A DNA stretch of 64,000 nt from a bacterium (GTDB lineage Bacteria > Hinthialibacterota > Hinthialibacteria > Hinthialibacterales > Hinthialibacteraceae), in assembly GCA_963663405.2 (NCBI GenBank), contig CAXXSM010000076.1, forward strand, positions 32,001-96,000, in the 5' to 3' direction. Below the pieces are notes generated by a model that saw only the letters and a program-made list of their open reading frames with translations, did no database searches and was not told the origin of the DNA. The translations under genes were made by a program, and so were the position numbers. Shown here piece after piece: positions 1 to 10,530 of this stretch. The first letter of the stretch is position 1, and each line of letters begins with the position of its first letter.

Positions 1-1398
1 GTAGGAATCGATCTCAATGTCACCAACGAAAATATGGCCGCGGTGATTCGCATTCCCCAACAAGTTTTCAACTTATGGAATGTGGATCGTGTAAAGGAAT
101 CACTGAGGCGTCAGGGCATAACGAAAGGGATTCTGGAATCGAATCTACGCCGGATTTTCGAAGAGAAACTGCACGGCCATACGATTCTCGCGGCGAAAGG
201 TAAAGATCCTGTCGTTGGAAGGAATGGCCGGATTGAAGATAGTCTCAAATTATTCACCCGTTCAAAAAGTAATAAATCGAACTCTGCTAGACACTGTGAT
301 TTAATTGACCTGAATTTCTTTGAATGCGTCAAAAAAGGCCAAGTGATTCTGCGGAAACATCCTCCCGATGAAGGAGAGAATGGGTGGGATGTTTATGGAA
401 AGGAAATTCCCTCCATCGCGGGATTAAATACTGAATTACCCTCAATTGAGAACTGCGCCCCCCGTGAGGATGGATCGGAACTGCTGTCTGAAGTCGATGG
501 CTGCGCTTATGTGGAAGACAACCGGATTGTTATCACACCGGCGTTGACGATCAACGGAAACGTAGATCACTCGACGGGAAATATTGATACGCATTTATCC
601 GTAATTGTAACCGGCGACGTGATTAGCGGTTTTGAAGTGGATTCCGAAATGGACATCGCTGTCTGTGGGGGGATCGAAGCGGCAAAAGTCAAAGCGGGAG
701 GCACGTTGTTCTGTCAAGGAGGTATCGACGGGAAAGAGGAAGCCCAAGTTACAGCGGGTAAAAATGTAGAATCCCAGTATATCAATCTAGCCAACGTGAC
801 AGCGGGCCATTCCATTGTCTCCCAAAACGGCATTGTTCAATCTAATTTGGAAGCGCGGCGGGTGCTATGCGAGGGAAGCAAGGGCCAGATCATGGGAGGA
901 AAAGTATCGGCCTGGTATGATGTGTACGCGCGTACGATCGGTTCCGAGATGGGGGTGGAAACGGAGATCGTTTTAGGGGAAGAATTGCCCAGCCTGCGAG
1001 AAAAGATCCGCTTCCTCGCTTCTGACTTGGATGGAAAACTCAAGCAGAAGGGAAAACTGAAAAAAGCGCAAAAAGCTTTATTCGCGCAGAAAACAAAACT
1101 GGGAACCTTGCCCCCTCCCCTTCAAGAGAAACTGAAACAAGTGATGGATGCGTTGCGGAAACTGGAACGGCCGCTTAAAAAGTTAAAAGAACAATACAAC
1201 CAAATCGAAAAAGATATAGAACAGAGTGAAACGTCCATCCGGAAGGTGTGCGCCGAAGAGACAATCTATCCCGGCTCTATCATTCGGATTGCTGGAAAAA
1301 CTCTGACGGTTAAAAAAATACTAGGGCCAACAATCGTCTATCTCAAAGGGGGAGAATTGGTCACGGCTCCCATTGAAGAGAATTCAGATAACGAGTAA
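1..1398 (+). CDS. DUF342/FapA-family protein (flagellar assembly protein A-like), 5' end outside window
   Basis: Frame is open from base 1. Typical G..P..G.DG, G.DVYG and V(D).STGNI motifs, repetitive beta-helix-like middle, C-terminal coiled coil and IYPG motif. Confidence 0.8.
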   Translation, partial: VGIDLNVTNENMAAVIRIPQQVFNLWNVDRVKESLRRQGITKGILESNLRRIFEEKLHGHTILAAKGKDPVVGRNGRIEDSLKLFTRSKSNKSNSARHCDLIDLNFFECVKKGQVILRKHPPDEGENGWDVYGKEIPSIAGLNTELPSIENCAPREDGSELLSEVDGCAYVEDNRIVITPALTINGNVDHSTGNIDTHLSVIVTGDVISGFEVDSEMDIAVCGGIEAAKVKAGGTLFCQGGIDGKEEAQVTAGKNVESQYINLANVTAGHSIVSQNGIVQSNLEARRVLCEGSKGQIMGGKVSAWYDVYARTIGSEMGVETEIVLGEELPSLREKIRFLASDLDGKLKQKGKLKKAQKALFAQKTKLGTLPPPLQEKLKQVMDALRKLERPLKKLKEQYNQIEKDIEQSETSIRKVCAEETIYPGSIIRIAGKTLTVKKILGPTIVYLKGGELVTAPIEENSDNE

Positions 1399-1422
1399 GC
1401 AAGAAGGATCATAATTTCTATC

Positions 1423-3153
1423 ATGCTTAGCAGTGAAAACTTTCAACGAGAGATGATGAAGAAAGTCATCGAAGAACGCATCGATGATATCGGCGCGATC
1501 GCGCGGAAACAGCAAATCGACAATTCATTTCGTAATGTGAAACAACAATCCGTTCCCCAAGAAGAACCAGAGGAAGAAAATAATAGATTTGTCCAGACCA
1601 TCCGCGAAGGATCGATGGATAAGATCAAGAACGCCATCCTCGAAGTCCGGCGGGAAATTAAACAACATAAAGACTTGGGAAGGATATCCACATCCGGTTT
1701 ACAAATAGCGAAAAAGTTCCACGAAAGTTCAGAACAGTTTTTGAAAAAAAAACTCTGGCTGGAAGACGCCAAACAAAAAATCGAACAACTATGGCTTTTG
1801 AAAGAATCCGGTAAACAGGATCCTTCCATTGAAAATAAATATAATACACTTGTTAAACAAACGAAAGCCGTCCAGGAAGACACTCTTTCCAATGCGGATA
1901 CCTTAATAAAAGCCTATGAACAACTTGACAACCAAGTCCAACGTGACCGCAAAGCCGAAAAGGGATTGCAAGATACATTCAAGCGATGTTTAGATCATCT
2001 TTCTCAGAAAGATAGGGGAAAACTGGAAATCCTTGTCCGGAAACAGGTCGAAGGGCAAGGAATCGACCGCCGTATCAATGTTTTATCCAAGATGATCGAA
2101 CAACTCTCCGCATCCGTTCCCTCGATTCGCAAGGAAGAAGTCACACGCTTATATCAAGAGGCGAAATCCGCATTCGAGAAAAAATACTACCAGGAAAGCG
2201 CGCAGATTCTCGATAAACTGTTTAAATTTGACCGGAAAAATCTCGGAGGGCACCGGCTGCGCGCGGAAATATATAAGGCGCGGGGCAACCGGATCGCCTT
2301 TTTGTGTGAACTCCGGATGATCGCCGAGATCCCGGACGCGGAAGCGAGGGATTTCACGACGCTGGCGGATGTCTTACTCGAAGATGGGCAAACCGATGAT
2401 CCATTTATGTTATACGAAAAAGCCATCGCCAAGCAACCAAGCCGGGAGAATCTCGAACGACTCGCTGATCTTTCCTGCCAAATGCGGCGTTGGTACCGGG
2501 CCGTGCAGCTCTATCAGCAAATTCTGAAAACTTATCCCGATGACGCTGGTGTGATGCACAAACTTGGCGCCGCTCTCTATGAAGACAATCGAAAAGAAGA
2601 AGGATTTGATATTCTTCGAAACGCCATCCAACTACAAGATAACAACGCCCAATCGCATGTCTGTGTGGGGCGGATGTACCGCCGTTTAAAAGATACCCGG
2701 ATGGCGAGTCAATCGTTCGCCCGCGCCATTGAACTCGAAGAGAACAACGCGGACGCGTATTATTGGCGAAGCGTTGTGCGCTATGACCGGGCCGAGTTTG
2801 AGGAAGCGTTGCAAGAAGCGCAAAAAGCCGAAACTCTGGAAAAGGAGCGGCCCCGGAATGTGCTTCATCTCGCCCGGTGTAAAGCGGCGTGCAATCAACC
2901 GTCTGAAGCCATTGAAATCCTTGAGCCGCTTCTCAAAGACGCGAATCCCGCCGTGGATGTTTTGCTGGCGTATTCCGAGTTTTGTCGTCAGTGCGGAAGG
3001 GTGGAGAAAGCCTTGAAACCATTAGGCGATTTTGTTAAACGGTTTTCCTGGCAACCACAGATCCGGGCGGAATACGCTCTCCTGCTCACCGAAGCGGGTC
3101 GCTTGGAAGAAGCCTCCCAATACCTCAACCCCAATCCCACGAAAAAACGTTAA
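1423..3153 (+). CDS. Coiled-coil plus tetratricopeptide-repeat protein
   Basis: 576-aa ORF with a helical N-half and several TPR-like units (e.g. A..SFARAIELEENNADAYY). Confidence 0.75.
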   Translation: MLSSENFQREMMKKVIEERIDDIGAIARKQQIDNSFRNVKQQSVPQEEPEEENNRFVQTIREGSMDKIKNAILEVRREIKQHKDLGRISTSGLQIAKKFHESSEQFLKKKLWLEDAKQKIEQLWLLKESGKQDPSIENKYNTLVKQTKAVQEDTLSNADTLIKAYEQLDNQVQRDRKAEKGLQDTFKRCLDHLSQKDRGKLEILVRKQVEGQGIDRRINVLSKMIEQLSASVPSIRKEEVTRLYQEAKSAFEKKYYQESAQILDKLFKFDRKNLGGHRLRAEIYKARGNRIAFLCELRMIAEIPDAEARDFTTLADVLLEDGQTDDPFMLYEKAIAKQPSRENLERLADLSCQMRRWYRAVQLYQQILKTYPDDAGVMHKLGAALYEDNRKEEGFDILRNAIQLQDNNAQSHVCVGRMYRRLKDTRMASQSFARAIELEENNADAYYWRSVVRYDRAEFEEALQEAQKAETLEKERPRNVLHLARCKAACNQPSEAIEILEPLLKDANPAVDVLLAYSEFCRQCGRVEKALKPLGDFVKRFSWQPQIRAEYALLLTEAGRLEEASQYLNPNPTKKR

Positions 3154-3277
3154 AAACATTCATCAAGATTGACCCAGTGTTTACTGTCTTGCGAAAATCT
3201 GTTAAAAAAAGAACATAGGGATATTTCTCAATAATATGGGAAAACCCAGAAAACGAATTACTCATTGGAGGTTTGTT

Positions 3278-4540
3278 ATGATTTCATGTTTGTATCGTGT
3301 ATTGGCTATCTTTTTATTTACACTGATGTCAATTTCACCATTATTGGCTAACGATTTTCAAACTGCCGTTCCTGAAAACCAAGGTTTTTCCGCCGAACGG
3401 TTACAAAGAATCACTCCTGTTATGCAGGATTTTGTTGATCGAGGACTCTTTCCGGGAATGAGTGTCACAGTCGCACGGAATGGCAAAATTGTATTCTCTC
3501 AGCGATATGGATTTATGGATGTTGAAAGTAAAAAGCCTCTCGAAAGCGACGCGATCTTCCGCATTTATTCGATGTCCAAGCCGATTACAGGCGTTGCCGC
3601 GATGATGCTTCTTGAAGAAGGAAAATTTCTGCTGGATGATCCGATTTCAAAATATATCCCTGCGTTTAAAGAGACAAAAGTTTTTGTGAAAGAAGACAAT
3701 GGTGAAATTGAAACGGTTGAAAAAGAGCGTCCAATCACCATACGGCATTTACTTTGTCACGCGTCCGGACTTGGTTATGGTTGGGGAAATGATCCTGTGA
3801 GTTCAATTTACCGGAAAGAGTCCGCCAAATATATGGATAAACCAATAAACCTGGAAATATTCGCAAACGGATTGGCGTCTGTCCCCCTCTATTTTCAGCC
3901 AGGAACCGATTGGCAATATAGTTATTCCATCGATGTCGTGGGACGCTTAATTGAAGTCGTATCAGGGATGACACTGGAAGAGTTCTTCCAAAAAAGGATT
4001 TTTGATCCATTAGAAATGAAAGACACAGGTTTCTATATCACAAATGATAAGTTGCCGCGTCTCACGACACTCTATCGTTATGAACAATCGGATGGATTAG
4101 TTCCCGATCATTCGATATCACGTTATCAAAAAGAGAGCGCTTCGTTTCAGTCGGGTGGTGGTGGATTATTGTCAACAACATCCGATTACCTTCGCTTTTT
4201 ACTAATGCTATCCAACCAAGGGGAATACAAAGGGAAAAGACTGCTTGCGCCTCAAACAATCCGATTGATGGGTTGTAATCACTTACCCGATGGCGTTACA
4301 TTGCCGTGGGGAAAATTGTACGGACATGGCTATGGCTTAAGTGTATCGGTTTTGACCGATTTGTCTAAAAGCCCAACTATGGGATCGGTTGGTGATTTTG
4401 GATGGGATGGCGCCGCGTCAACTTTCATGAGAGTCGATCCCCAAACAGGAATCGCCATTCTTTTAATGACTCACCGGATGCCCTGCGATGACGAGATTCA
4501 ATTGAAACTAAAAAATCTTGTTTACCAAGCGATAGAATAA
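3278..4540 (+). CDS. Serine hydrolase, beta-lactamase/AmpC-like family, exported
   Basis: FRIYSMSK (SxxK), L.FQPG..W.YS and FGWDGAA motifs. Signal peptide; GGAG RBS before ATG 3278. Confidence 0.9.
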   Translation: MISCLYRVLAIFLFTLMSISPLLANDFQTAVPENQGFSAERLQRITPVMQDFVDRGLFPGMSVTVARNGKIVFSQRYGFMDVESKKPLESDAIFRIYSMSKPITGVAAMMLLEEGKFLLDDPISKYIPAFKETKVFVKEDNGEIETVEKERPITIRHLLCHASGLGYGWGNDPVSSIYRKESAKYMDKPINLEIFANGLASVPLYFQPGTDWQYSYSIDVVGRLIEVVSGMTLEEFFQKRIFDPLEMKDTGFYITNDKLPRLTTLYRYEQSDGLVPDHSISRYQKESASFQSGGGGLLSTTSDYLRFLLMLSNQGEYKGKRLLAPQTIRLMGCNHLPDGVTLPWGKLYGHGYGLSVSVLTDLSKSPTMGSVGDFGWDGAASTFMRVDPQTGIAILLMTHRMPCDDEIQLKLKNLVYQAIE

Positions 4541-4687
4541 CAACCTATAGTTGTTCTGTCATGACGCCGCTTCTCATTCAAATCACGCTTCAAAAAGTTG
4601 ATCGGGATTGATTATGAACCAACGTGTTTTTCGGGGGGGGGGTAGAGGCGGTTTGTAAAACGCTGGTATACAACGAAACAGGAGAAG

Positions 4688-7426
4688 TTACCGTCTACGC
4701 GAGGTGGAACGTTGTGGAGAGCGGCTTCCTGATGTAGAAACGCGGGGTTGAGCGGCGGACGAACGTGATGGGCTGGAATAAGTGCGGCTGGAGGTTCTAG
4801 GCTGTGAATAGGTTGAACTGCTTCCCCGGTAAGAGGATCGGCTTGTTGTTCTCGGTTGCGAATAACTCGAACTACGTCCCTGGTAGGAGGATTGGCTGGA
4901 GGTTCTCGGCTGTGAATAGGTTGAACTGCTTCCCTGATAAGAGGACCGGTTTGTTGTTCTCGGTTGCGAATAACTCGAATTGCTTCCCCGGTAGGAGGAT
5001 TGACTGGAGGTTCTCGGCTGCGAATACGTTGAACTGCTTCTTTGATAAGTTGACCGGTTGGAAGAAGTCGGTGATGAATACGATGAACTGCTTCCACGAT
5101 AAGAAGCCCGGCTTCGAGAAGCCGGGCTGATTCGTGCTGTTGTATTGCGTGATGCGCTGACTTTAGATGGCGTCGTCGTTTGTGACCGCGTTGTTTCTCG
5201 CTGGATCGAAGTCCGGCTGGGAGCGGCCGGTGCGGTTCGTTTAGTAGCCGTTCGCGGCGCGCTCACTCTTGCTGGTGTTGTCGTTTGTGAGCGCGTAGTC
5301 TCTCGCTGGATCGAAGTCCGGTTGGTAGTAGCCGGTGCGGTACGTTTAGTAGTCGTTCGCGGCGCGCTCACTCTTGCTGGTGTTGTCGTTTGAGTCCGCG
5401 TAGTCTCTCGCTGGATCGAAGTCCGGTTGGTAGTAGCCGGTGCGGTACGTTTAGTAGTCGTTCGCGGCGCGCTGACTCTTGCTGGTGTTGTCGTTTGTGT
5501 CCGCGTAGTCTCTCGCTGGATCGAAGTCCGGTTGGTAGTAGCCGGTGTGGTACGTTTGGTAGCCGTTCGTGGCGCGCTGACTCTTGCTGGTGTTGTCGTT
5601 TGCGCTCGCGTTGTTTCCCGCTTGATCGATGTGCTGTTAGCCGCCGATGGGGTCGTCCGTTTATTTGTCGTCCGCGGCTCGTTTGCTCTCGGTGGTGTTG
5701 TTGTTTTTGTCCGTGTGGTTTCCCGCTGGATCGCTGTCCGGTTCTGTTTCGTCGCTGGAGCGGTTTGAGGATTAGTACGATTTCCTAACCTTGTGCGCGC
5801 ATTCGTTCGCTGCGGCGCCGCGACTTCGCGAGTTTGGGTCCGCGTTGGGCTGAAGCCCTGATTGTTTACTGGCCGTGTCCGAGCTGTTTTAGCGGCGGTT
5901 CTACGAGCGTTTTCCATTGTCGCATTCACACCGCCCCCGCCTGTCTTAACTTGCGGATTCGCAGTTGTCATCGTTCGATCCGTATCGCGCCGGTTCTTCG
6001 TTGTAACCACTCGTCTCGGAGGAAGTTCTGGAAACGCTTTCGCGCCGACGTTGATATGATCGATTCGGTTTTTCTCAAGGGTCGCGCCCATGTTACGTGG
6101 CTGACCGCCATCATGGAAATCCTTCTGGGGAACTACTGTAACCGCATTTGACACGTACTGATTCTGATAGATATGAGTTGAATTGTCCGTAATATAGTTA
6201 TTTGTTATAAACGTATCTCCATGTTGAGGCCGATCACCAGGATGAGGCCGGTGCGTTCGGCGGTCGACATAAATCGACCGTGGATGATACCATCTGTGAT
6301 ACGGATCTCTCGGTCCCAAGGGGAACCATCCGACACAAGGCTGATCGTAGTGCCCGCCACCTAGTGAAAAGTGGAAATATTTCCCATGTTTCGCGTAGGT
6401 GAACGAAACCAGCGCGGGATGCCAGACGGGGCGGTGCCAACCGAATCCAAAATGCCGGTTCCGGCTATGATACGTCATGTAAGCCACATCTGTCGGTATC
6501 CAGCACCAGTGGTGACGGGGATGATAAAACCATCGTCCATAATGATACGGAGCCCATCCCCATGGTTCGTACGAGACCCACGTCCACCCATAAGGCGGAC
6601 GCCAGATCCAGCGACCATCCCGATACGGAGCCCAGTTGGTGACGGTTACATTTACAGTTGGGTTCCAGACGCGGCCGTATTCCTTGGTTTCAACCCATGT
6701 GCCATATTCGTCCAGATCGCGGTATCCTGAGATGCGGGTTGTGACATATTGGGTTGACGTATGTGTGGCCCGCCGGGCGTCGCGGAGATCGCACCAACGA
6801 TCGAATGTATCCTCCGGCGCCGCGTTGTCGATGCGGTGCGTGGTTGGATCTGGTGTCTCGGCGATAAGCCGGTCACCGGTTTTCAACCGGTAGAACTGAT
6901 CCTGACCTTGGTACACTTGGATCTCACCGCGCCGGATAACGACCTCAGTTCCTCCGTTTTCGACAACATTGAATCGGACATTCGCTCGATTTGTGATTCC
7001 CGCCGTAACAGCCTGGGTTTCAATTTCTATGGGCGGTCTCGTTTCATCGATATTCAATGCGTTGATGACCACCGTTCCTTTCACGACAACGAATCGGGTT
7101 AAAGCGTCATCGAGAATCGGGATTTCCACAAACGCGTCTCCTGACAGACGAATAACCGTATCGTCTTCAAGTTGGATCTCCAAGCGTCCATCGGTGTTGG
7201 TATAGAGTTTATCCCCTGCCATCAGGGGGGTGTTGATTGTGACATCGGTCCAATCTTCATCGTTGGTTCGCAGCATGGCCGCGGAGCCTTCTATATACGA
7301 CACTCGCGCCACACGAAGTTCCACTTCAACCTCTTCTGCGGCAAAACTGTAAGAAACGATATTCAACCCTAAAAAAGCGAAAATGGCGAACGTGGTGATG
7401 GTGTGATTTCGCTGTAACGGTTTCAT
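4688..7426 (-). CDS. Exported FecR-domain / DUF6600-like protein with long Thr/Arg/Ser repeat tail
   Basis: Signal peptide, ARVSYIEG..GD.L.T..DGR FecR-like domain, W.PY..GRW..YGWTWVS.EPWGWAPYHYGRW block. [14 protein letters not shown] before ATG at 7426. Confidence 0.8.
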   Translation of the reverse strand: MKPLQRNHTITTFAIFAFLGLNIVSYSFAAEEVEVELRVARVSYIEGSAAMLRTNDEDWTDVTINTPLMAGDKLYTNTDGRLEIQLEDDTVIRLSGDAFVEIPILDDALTRFVVVKGTVVINALNIDETRPPIEIETQAVTAGITNRANVRFNVVENGGTEVVIRRGEIQVYQGQDQFYRLKTGDRLIAETPDPTTHRIDNAAPEDTFDRWCDLRDARRATHTSTQYVTTRISGYRDLDEYGTWVETKEYGRVWNPTVNVTVTNWAPYRDGRWIWRPPYGWTWVSYEPWGWAPYHYGRWFYHPRHHWCWIPTDVAYMTYHSRNRHFGFGWHRPVWHPALVSFTYAKHGKYFHFSLGGGHYDQPCVGWFPLGPRDPYHRWYHPRSIYVDRRTHRPHPGDRPQHGDTFITNNYITDNSTHIYQNQYVSNAVTVVPQKDFHDGGQPRNMGATLEKNRIDHINVGAKAFPELPPRRVVTTKNRRDTDRTMTTANPQVKTGGGGVNATMENARRTAAKTARTRPVNNQGFSPTRTQTREVAAPQRTNARTRLGNRTNPQTAPATKQNRTAIQRETTRTKTTTPPRANEPRTTNKRTTPSAANSTSIKRETTRAQTTTPARVSAPRTATKRTTPATTNRTSIQRETTRTQTTTPARVSAPRTTTKRTAPATTNRTSIQRETTRTQTTTPARVSAPRTTTKRTAPATTNRTSIQRETTRSQTTTPARVSAPRTATKRTAPAAPSRTSIQRETTRSQTTTPSKVSASRNTTARISPASRSRASYRGSSSSYSSPTSSNRSTYQRSSSTYSQPRTSSQSSYRGSNSSYSQPRTTNRSSYQGSSSTYSQPRTSSQSSYQGRSSSYSQPRTTSRSSYRGSSSTYSQPRTSSRTYSSPSRSSAAQPRVSTSGSRSPQRSTSRRR
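4790..5110 (-). repeat. Intragenic tandem repeat, about 6 x 54 bp (18 aa, SY(R/Q)GSSSTYSQPRTSSQS) with 108-bp higher-order period
   Basis: ttgaactgcttc at 4813, 4921 and 5029, with alternating variants between them. Confidence 0.85.
5150..5770 (-). repeat. Intragenic tandem repeat, about 6 x 105 bp (35 aa, TSIQRETTRTQTTTPARVSAPRT...)
   Basis: Anchor tcgaagtccg or a variant recurs at 5206, 5311, 5416, 5521, 5626 and 5731. Confidence 0.9.
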
Positions 7427-7754
7427 CGTCCTTCTCCTCTCTGTGGAGCGGTTATAAGGCTCCGGAATGGTTCGACTCAAAAAAATTTATAAAACTCATG
7501 TGAATACGATTTCGTTTGGCTTTTACTCTATATCATCGTTTGGAAATCTCACATAGCTAAAAAACAGATTTTTTTAGATGAAATGGACTTCGGGGAAAAT
7601 AAAATAAATTTATCCTAAACACTGAATTCGTGTGATCTTATCGTTTCGAATCCTTCCCGTCTTCTGGATTTTCAACCTATGTTGTGAAATACTGTGGGAG
7701 GAAAGAGACCGATTTCTATTCGTATTCAATAGGTTTGAAAGTGTGAGAGGAGAG

Positions 7755-10484
7755 ATGACGCAACGGCTTTGGTGGAGTTTTGGCGATCCCCGCGAAGAAG
7801 GGAATCAACTTGTAACCGATTTTTATTATAAAACCGGTAAACACATGCGATTGACGCTTCCGTGGCCGGCCCGCCGGTTTACCGCCGCGGGGGAACTTCC
7901 CATTCAGGTCAATGGGGGGGATGACAGGGGTGAGTGGATCGAAGATTTTTCCACCGGTTCAGTCGAGACGGGACGCCGATTGTATAGCTTATTAGGTAAA
8001 GAAGCGCAGGAAACTTTAATCCGGAGTTTCGCCAATCTTCCACCGGAAGTAACCAACCGGGTTTTATACTTACAGTTTCCTCCACCATCCCCGGAAAATC
8101 GGGAACTCTGCCTGGCGATGGAGGATCTGCCTTGGGAACTGCTTCATGATGGGAATGATTTTATCTCCTGGCGTTATTCCCTCCAGATTGTCCGTTCGCA
8201 TTCAAGGGATTTCTATCCCATCCAATCCAGTCAAAATCCAATTACATCGTGGGGGATTCTGTTGCTGCGCCCGTTCATCCAAGCGGGGGAAAAACACTGC
8301 CGCAACGTCGGATTAGAGCCTCTCAAACAGGGTGTGGAAGAAGTAAACGCGCTGCGCCGGTTGGAAGAACAAACCCATGGTCTCGTCCGGATCGGGCCAC
8401 GGGGTGAAACCGGGAAAGACGCCGGTATTAGGACTTTCGATGAACTCGAGAGTATTCTGTTCTCTTCTCACGGAGAGCCGTACCACATGATCCATTACGT
8501 GGGACATGGTGTCGTTTACGACGATGATCCTTGTCTCTGTTTCGAGAATGGATCCGGAGCGATTGATTATGTTTCCGTCGAACGGCTGCAGAGACTGTTT
8601 CTCGCTGTGCGGGACGCCCGGCCGAACCGGCTGCCGAAACTCTTCTTTCTTAACGCGTGCAGTTCCTCAAGCCGGGGACGCTATTCCGCCGGATTCGCGT
8701 CGGGGCTGCACGATTTAGGGATGTGTGTGCTGGGATACAATACAGAAATCCGCGACGATGAAATGCCCATACTCGCTGCGCAGAGTTTCTATCAATCCTT
8801 ATGCGTAGACCAATCATTACAAAATCCCAACCAAAATCCCAATGTTTTAACCTCGATCGGAAGCGCCCGGCGGCGGCTGCGCAGCCACGTCAATGAAGCG
8901 GCGCCGCTTTGGGGAAGTTTGCGGGTTTATCTGCCGTCGGAAATCTCGTTCCGGGTGCATGGGCGGGGAGTCGTCGAACGAACTCTCCAGAAGATGTACA
9001 CGCATTACGCGCAGTGGATGAATCCGGATGATTACACCGATCATTTATCGATTGGAATTCTCTTCGCGATCTTTTTCGGGGGATTGATGGGATTGGCGAA
9101 TCTATTGTTTATCTCGCCGGAACTGGTCCTCTCGCGGCATTTAACGTATCAAGAGATCGTCAGCGAACTGACTCGGATTTTTCTCGTCGGCCCAATCTCA
9201 TTTCTAGCGGCGTCGATTTTTACCGCTTTCCAAACGCAGATGAACCATCGTTTCCTTTTGCCGATCGCCGGCCGGGCTCCGCTGGGGAAGCGTCTGCGTC
9301 ATATATTCTGGTCGATACCCTCAATCGCCGCCGCCGGCGCCGCGTTTGGGCTTTTGTTTTCCTATTCTTTCGCCCGGCTTGATCTACTAACGACTCAAAC
9401 AAAGAGTCTTGTTTTCCTAACGGGGATTCCAGTCAGTGTGTTCTGGTATTCACTCGTAGGAATTCTGGGCGTGGCGCTCTCCCTCTCTCTCTTTCTCGCC
9501 AGCTGGATCGGATCTTATCACCGCGAAACGCTTCACTCCTACCGAACGTTTTATGTGCTCCTGATCTTTTTAGGAGTAATGCTGCTTGGAGATCTCTTTT
9601 TTATCGGCCGTTCAAATGGCGCTTATGGAAGATACCGGTTCGCCGGATGGATTCTCTACGCGGCCCTCGATATTTTCGCGTATTCCCTGGCTTGCGCCAA
9701 ATTCTTGAAGGAAACCTCCTGGCGCGCCTCGCAAAAAAGCGCGGGGGTCACTTCGCTCTCCTGGCGGAAACTGCTTCCATTACTGGGCGGTGTGTTCCTG
9801 GTTGGAGTGTGTTATTACCTGCTGGAAGTATCGGTTCGATTCGAAAATTACACGATCCGGACCGCGCTGGTAGAACGCAAGGAAGCGATCGAACGCGGTG
9901 AAGATAATCCCCTCGCTGAGCGCATTCTCGAACGGGCGTTGCGTCAGCGCGCTATCAGCGAACTGCCGGACCGCGAAGCGGCGCAGGAAGATTGGCTTCT
10001 CTCCATCGTCGCCGCTGACTATAAACTCTATGCCGCGAAACACGAAGTCGATCCCGATAAGCGATTGCGCGCTTTAGAGCAATGCCTGGACTTTTTAACC
10101 ATCAGTAAAAACCTCAATCCCGAAGTGGAGTACAAAGATTATTATTATAACATTTTGGCGATGTTCGATGTGCTTTCAGCTGATCTGTCGGATATACCTT
10201 CTACGAAAAAGAAAAAATATGAAGAAGCCGTCGAAATGGCCCGTAAAGCGGTGGACAAGGACGATAAAAACTTCGCGTATCTGGACACGCTGGCCCGCGC
10301 GTTATCAAAATTGGCCGTCTTCCAAAATGACACAGCGATGTTAGACGCGGCTGAAACCTATACTCGCGAGGCGGAGTGGTGCGCATTTTTCCTCCGAAGC
10401 CCCAGCGCTGGAGAGGTCAAAAAATCAATCGCCGAAGTGGCGGATTATATAAACAAACAGAAAAAATCATTAAAAGACGAATAA
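7755..10484 (+). CDS. CHAT (caspase-like) protease domain fused to about 7 TM helices and a C-terminal TPR-like domain
   Basis: LPWELL, HMIHYVGHG and FFLNACSS motifs, seven hydrophobic stretches, [32 protein letters not shown] before ATG 7755. Confidence 0.8.
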   Translation: MTQRLWWSFGDPREEGNQLVTDFYYKTGKHMRLTLPWPARRFTAAGELPIQVNGGDDRGEWIEDFSTGSVETGRRLYSLLGKEAQETLIRSFANLPPEVTNRVLYLQFPPPSPENRELCLAMEDLPWELLHDGNDFISWRYSLQIVRSHSRDFYPIQSSQNPITSWGILLLRPFIQAGEKHCRNVGLEPLKQGVEEVNALRRLEEQTHGLVRIGPRGETGKDAGIRTFDELESILFSSHGEPYHMIHYVGHGVVYDDDPCLCFENGSGAIDYVSVERLQRLFLAVRDARPNRLPKLFFLNACSSSSRGRYSAGFASGLHDLGMCVLGYNTEIRDDEMPILAAQSFYQSLCVDQSLQNPNQNPNVLTSIGSARRRLRSHVNEAAPLWGSLRVYLPSEISFRVHGRGVVERTLQKMYTHYAQWMNPDDYTDHLSIGILFAIFFGGLMGLANLLFISPELVLSRHLTYQEIVSELTRIFLVGPISFLAASIFTAFQTQMNHRFLLPIAGRAPLGKRLRHIFWSIPSIAAAGAAFGLLFSYSFARLDLLTTQTKSLVFLTGIPVSVFWYSLVGILGVALSLSLFLASWIGSYHRETLHSYRTFYVLLIFLGVMLLGDLFFIGRSNGAYGRYRFAGWILYAALDIFAYSLACAKFLKETSWRASQKSAGVTSLSWRKLLPLLGGVFLVGVCYYLLEVSVRFENYTIRTALVERKEAIERGEDNPLAERILERALRQRAISELPDREAAQEDWLLSIVAADYKLYAAKHEVDPDKRLRALEQCLDFLTISKNLNPEVEYKDYYYNILAMFDVLSADLSDIPSTKKKKYEEAVEMARKAVDKDDKNFAYLDTLARALSKLAVFQNDTAMLDAAETYTREAEWCAFFLRSPSAGEVKKSIAEVADYINKQKKSLKDE

Positions 10485-10530
10485 ACATGAGAGTCATACA
10501 GCCGTTTATAATCGATCGAATTCATGGAGC

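Noticed and set aside
4790-5770. Regularly spaced repeats as a CRISPR array
   Set aside because: Units are in-frame multiples of 3 within a CDS, with no unique spacers and no cas genes.
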